DNA of 64,000 bases from Puccinia triticina (Eukaryota), in NCBI GenBank assembly GCA_026914245.1, contig CP110439.1, positions 4,030,001 through 4,094,000 of the forward strand. The letters run 5' to 3'. The notes beneath the pieces were generated by a model, which saw only the letters and a list, made by a program, of their open reading frames with translations, had not been told where the DNA came from and ran no database searches. Position 1 is the stretch's first letter. Each line of letters opens with the position of its first letter. Below, one piece after another: positions 60,733 to 64,000 of the stretch. The translations under genes and the position numbers were made by a program.

Positions 60733-61105
60733 CAGCCATTCCCAAAAATGCTTGCGGTTGGGTAGACCCAAATTTTGGACTGCTATTTTCAGCCCCAAAG
60801 CCTGTATAGCCCCTGTAAAACAGGCTGAATACAGTAATGTGATTAGAAGAAAATCACTACTTTCTTTGTTTTTAACTTTGGGCCCTCAAGGGTTGCACCA
60901 TTGGAATCCTGGAGCAATTTTACATTGACTGGACCCTTTGCCGCATGCCCCTCCCCTGCCCTGTGGCCAGCGCGGCATCCTTGTTGAGGCAAAGAGCCGC
61001 CCAAAGGGGTTTGGACTGCCTGTACAGTGAAGCTATACAGGCCTGTGGCTGAAAAAAAAAAAAAAAATTCGGCCTTGAGCCTGCAAGCTTTTTGAAGAAT
61101 GGCTG
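60733..61105. mobile_element. MITE with TA TSD (Tc1/mariner-type)
   Basis: TA|CAGCCATTC.CAAAAA.GCTTGC.G ... CTGCAAGCTTTTTGAAGAATGGCTG|TA; inner CCTGTATAGC / GCTATACAGG inversion. Confidence 0.75.
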
Positions 61106-61614
61106 TATTATTATATATTTTTTGCTCTTAGTTTTGTGTCAAACAGAGGGTTCCAAAAATTCCAAGAAATTGATGGAGGGTAGAAAAATACCCTCTGCTG
61201 GTTGACAGCAAAAAAAAAAAAAACTTGAAAATTGAAGTTTTTTGTATTGCTGCACAAAATGTTCTACGCTACCGCGCACTCTGGCCGGGACGTTGAGTGG
61301 ACAACATCTTCAGTGCACAATGAGTTTTTTGCAGTGCACAAAGTAGATCCATTTTTGAGAATTTCTCTACCTAACTACTGACCACTAGGCACAAGTTACT
61401 CTGATGGAATAAAGGATGAAACCCCCCAGTGTTTGACACAGAGTGGTATTGTAGAAATCATTTTTGGTGATATTTACATTTGAAAAGGTGCACACCAACA
61501 ACTGCCCCCAAAGTTAGACTGCAGGGAGCCCCACTGGAGTTCTTGAATCTTGAACTCCAAATCTGCATCTGGTCTGGTGACGCCAAGTGGCACAGGTGTC
61601 AAAAGTGTCCAGGG

Positions 61615-62220
61615 GTGTGCGGGTACCACCTGTTTTTTGGACTCAGATGAACACCAGGTACCGCACCCGGCACCGCCTGGCGGGTGCCAGCGGGTGCGGG
61701 CGGTACTTGAGGGGGGTACCAGCGGTACCCGGGAGTGTGCAGTGAAGCCAACGCGTCTCATCCCAGCCATCCTCATCCTCTTCTCTCCCCCTCTACGATG
61801 CCCCACCTCCCTCGCTACCGGCGGCTCCTCCGCCAGCTCGCAACCACCCGGCTTGCCGGAGGACAACCAGCGCTGCAGGGTGAGCCCGGCAGCAGTCCAG
61901 CCGGCGCTTGGCTTGGCTTGTAAGACTTGTGTTGCTTGCTGGTGGATCCCATGGTCGAGGAGTGGGCTGGTGAGGTGGTGATTGGAAGGGCCCGGAGGGC
62001 AGTGATTGGATATGAGTGAGAAAAGAAGGGGAAAACACCCGGCTCGAGGCCCCCTAGCTCCCTGGGTATAAGGCGGGTACCGCTAGCGGTACCCGGTTAC
62101 CCGCTGGTTTTGGAGACAAAACAGACACCAGACACCGCACCCGGCACTGCCCGGCGGGTGTCTGGCTGGTGCGAGCGGTACCCGCCTGCGGGTGCCGGGT
62201 ACCCCCAAACGGGTACCAAA
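61615..62220. repeat. GC-rich element with GGTACC/ACCCG repeat clusters at both ends
   Basis: 61620-61735 and 62070-62218 share CCGCACCCGGCAC.GCC.GGCGGGTG and AGCGGTACCCG motifs. Confidence 0.55.
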
Positions 62221-63054
62221 TGCCATCTTTAAATCCCTCCTCTGAATTCTGTGGACCTCTTCCCCTCCTTGGAGTTGAGGATCCCTCTGGGGCCTTGACT
62301 TGAAGGAGGATAAGGTCCCTGTAATATAAAAGGGGGGGGATCTTTCCCCCCAGATTATTACACATACAAACCTGACTACCTTACTTTGAATTATAAGTGA
62401 GTGGGGTTTTATTATAATCTACTGACCTTTTTTCCCTTACAGCTTCTATCCTCTTTGCATATTTTTCCTAGGTACAGGTGGGTGTTATGACACATGTATC
62501 AGGACCCTGGTAAGCCCCTACTAGACAGCCTTAGGTAAAAAAATGTGAACTGATTTTTTTTGGCAAAAATGATAATTGCGTAGACCTGTGAATTTTTTTT
62601 CAAATTGACGCTGCTTGGAATTTTTTTTTCTGTGACATACTGATGTACTGTGTTTCAATCTGGTCCTTTTTTCCAAGGGAAAAAATGACATACTTCCGTG
62701 TTTTTTTTCAATTTGGTTTGTGCATACAGGGGCATAAGGGTGCAACATTTTCTTGGCTGCCCTCACTCTCCCTCACTTCACTCTGATTTCTTCCCTCCAC
62801 CAAATCATAAGCATGGATGATGAAAAAACTAGCCAGAATATCCTCAAGATCCAGAGTTTCTGTCCATTTTCCACCCCAGGAAGCCCGTGCGCACAATGCC
62901 AAATAACCTTCTCCTTCAGTGTCACTGCAGCAAAAAGGTCAAAATTACACTTGCTGGTGGTCGGCCCCACAATGCTGAGTGACATTGGAGTTCTGGTGAT
63001 CTGATTTGTTAAAATTGATGTATATTTTGTTCTGACTACTTCCAACGCTGCAAC

Positions 63055-63380
63055 TACAATACATGTATTGGTATTTATCTGTATTGGATTGGTTTTGGTC
63101 CCAATACATTGTATCAGTATTGTATTGGTTGGCTGATCCAATCCAATACGGTGTATCAGGTCACCAATACAATCCAATACAGTCTGATACATGTGTATTG
63201 GGTTGCCAATACAGTCCCATATTCTGTGTATTGGTGGGATCTACACTGTATTGTTTGTTTCAATACAATACAGTGTATTGTATCTCTTTGTCAATACAAT
63301 ACATGGTATCAAATTTGTGTGTATCAAAAAAACAATACAATACACCGTATTGGCCAATACCCGGATTGTATTGGATGGTT
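63055..63380. repeat. CAATAC/GTATTG-rich degenerate repeat
   Basis: Many TGTATTG and CAATACA motifs in both orientations. Confidence 0.7.
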
Positions 63381-64000
63381 TCACCATTGCTACTTCCTTT
63401 CTCAAAATCTCATACACAGGCCCCTGCAAATCTCAGAAAGCTAGCTTAAATGCTGCATCGCGGAGGCAAATTGCCACAATATTGCTACAGGCTTTTGGAT
63501 CAAGAGGCATCTTACATTGGGGGCAAACTTGATTTGAATTGGAGGGGGGGGGGGGGGGGTGATTGTGTGCCTTCTTGCGCTCATTTACATGGCAAACTTG
63601 TATCTGACTATCATGCTTAATCCGGATAGAAAGCAGCTCAGTACCAGCTAACTTGCTGTTGCACTTATTGACAAGTTTCCCAGCCACTTTGTAGCTGAGA
63701 TCAATCCCTTTGTGGCAACAAATTTCCCAAGTTGCTAGAAATGGTGTCATTTCTGCCCAGTTTAATCTCTGTAGTTGTGCGGGGACAAAATTGGGCTGTG
63801 TCTGCCCAGTTTTGTTCCTCAGGCGGAGCTAGCATACACAAAAGCTACGCTAAAAGTTAGTGCAGCTTTTTTCCAAGCCAACACTATCCAGACAAAATTG
63901 TAGTGTTAGCAGCCGTAAAAAAACAACCGCTAGCACTAAGATAGCGCTACACAAGCGCTTTTTTCTATATTAGTAGTGTTAGCGGGAAAATCTGGCCACT

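Noticed and set aside
63063..63532. Three overlapping Tyr/Cys/Ile-rich ORFs
   Set aside because: By-products of the CAATAC/GTATTG repeat.

Overview
Eukaryotic, intron-rich, repeat-rich fungal DNA. The short GT-AG introns, the Copia element with a TGGTAGCGAGAG primer-binding site, and the gene content suggest a rust fungus (Pucciniales, probably Puccinia); this is an inference. Recognisable genes: a zeta-crystallin-type quinone oxidoreductase, a secreted glycine-rich protein, a ~1130-aa Pro/Gln/His-repeat protein with an N-terminal EEGEI motif, a heme-thiolate peroxidase, a divergent mitochondrial uL14/RPB9 pair, a 9-exon secreted 8-Cys two-domain effector candidate, NOT2, a cystathionine beta-synthase-like enzyme without Bateman domains, and lineage-specific proteins. 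Mobile DNA: a nearly complete Ty1/Copia element with a truncated 5' LTR and one in-frame stop that appears to split a host gene, a possible solo LTR, nested Tourist/PIF-Harbinger MITEs, a MITE inside a NOT2 intron, several other foldback elements and local duplications. I see no CRISPR array or prokaryote-type system. The best candidates for new biology are the EEGEI repeat protein, the two-domain effector, the atypical peroxidase and the Copia/host-gene chimera. Exon boundaries were read by eye and protein-family similarities are from memory, not from searches.
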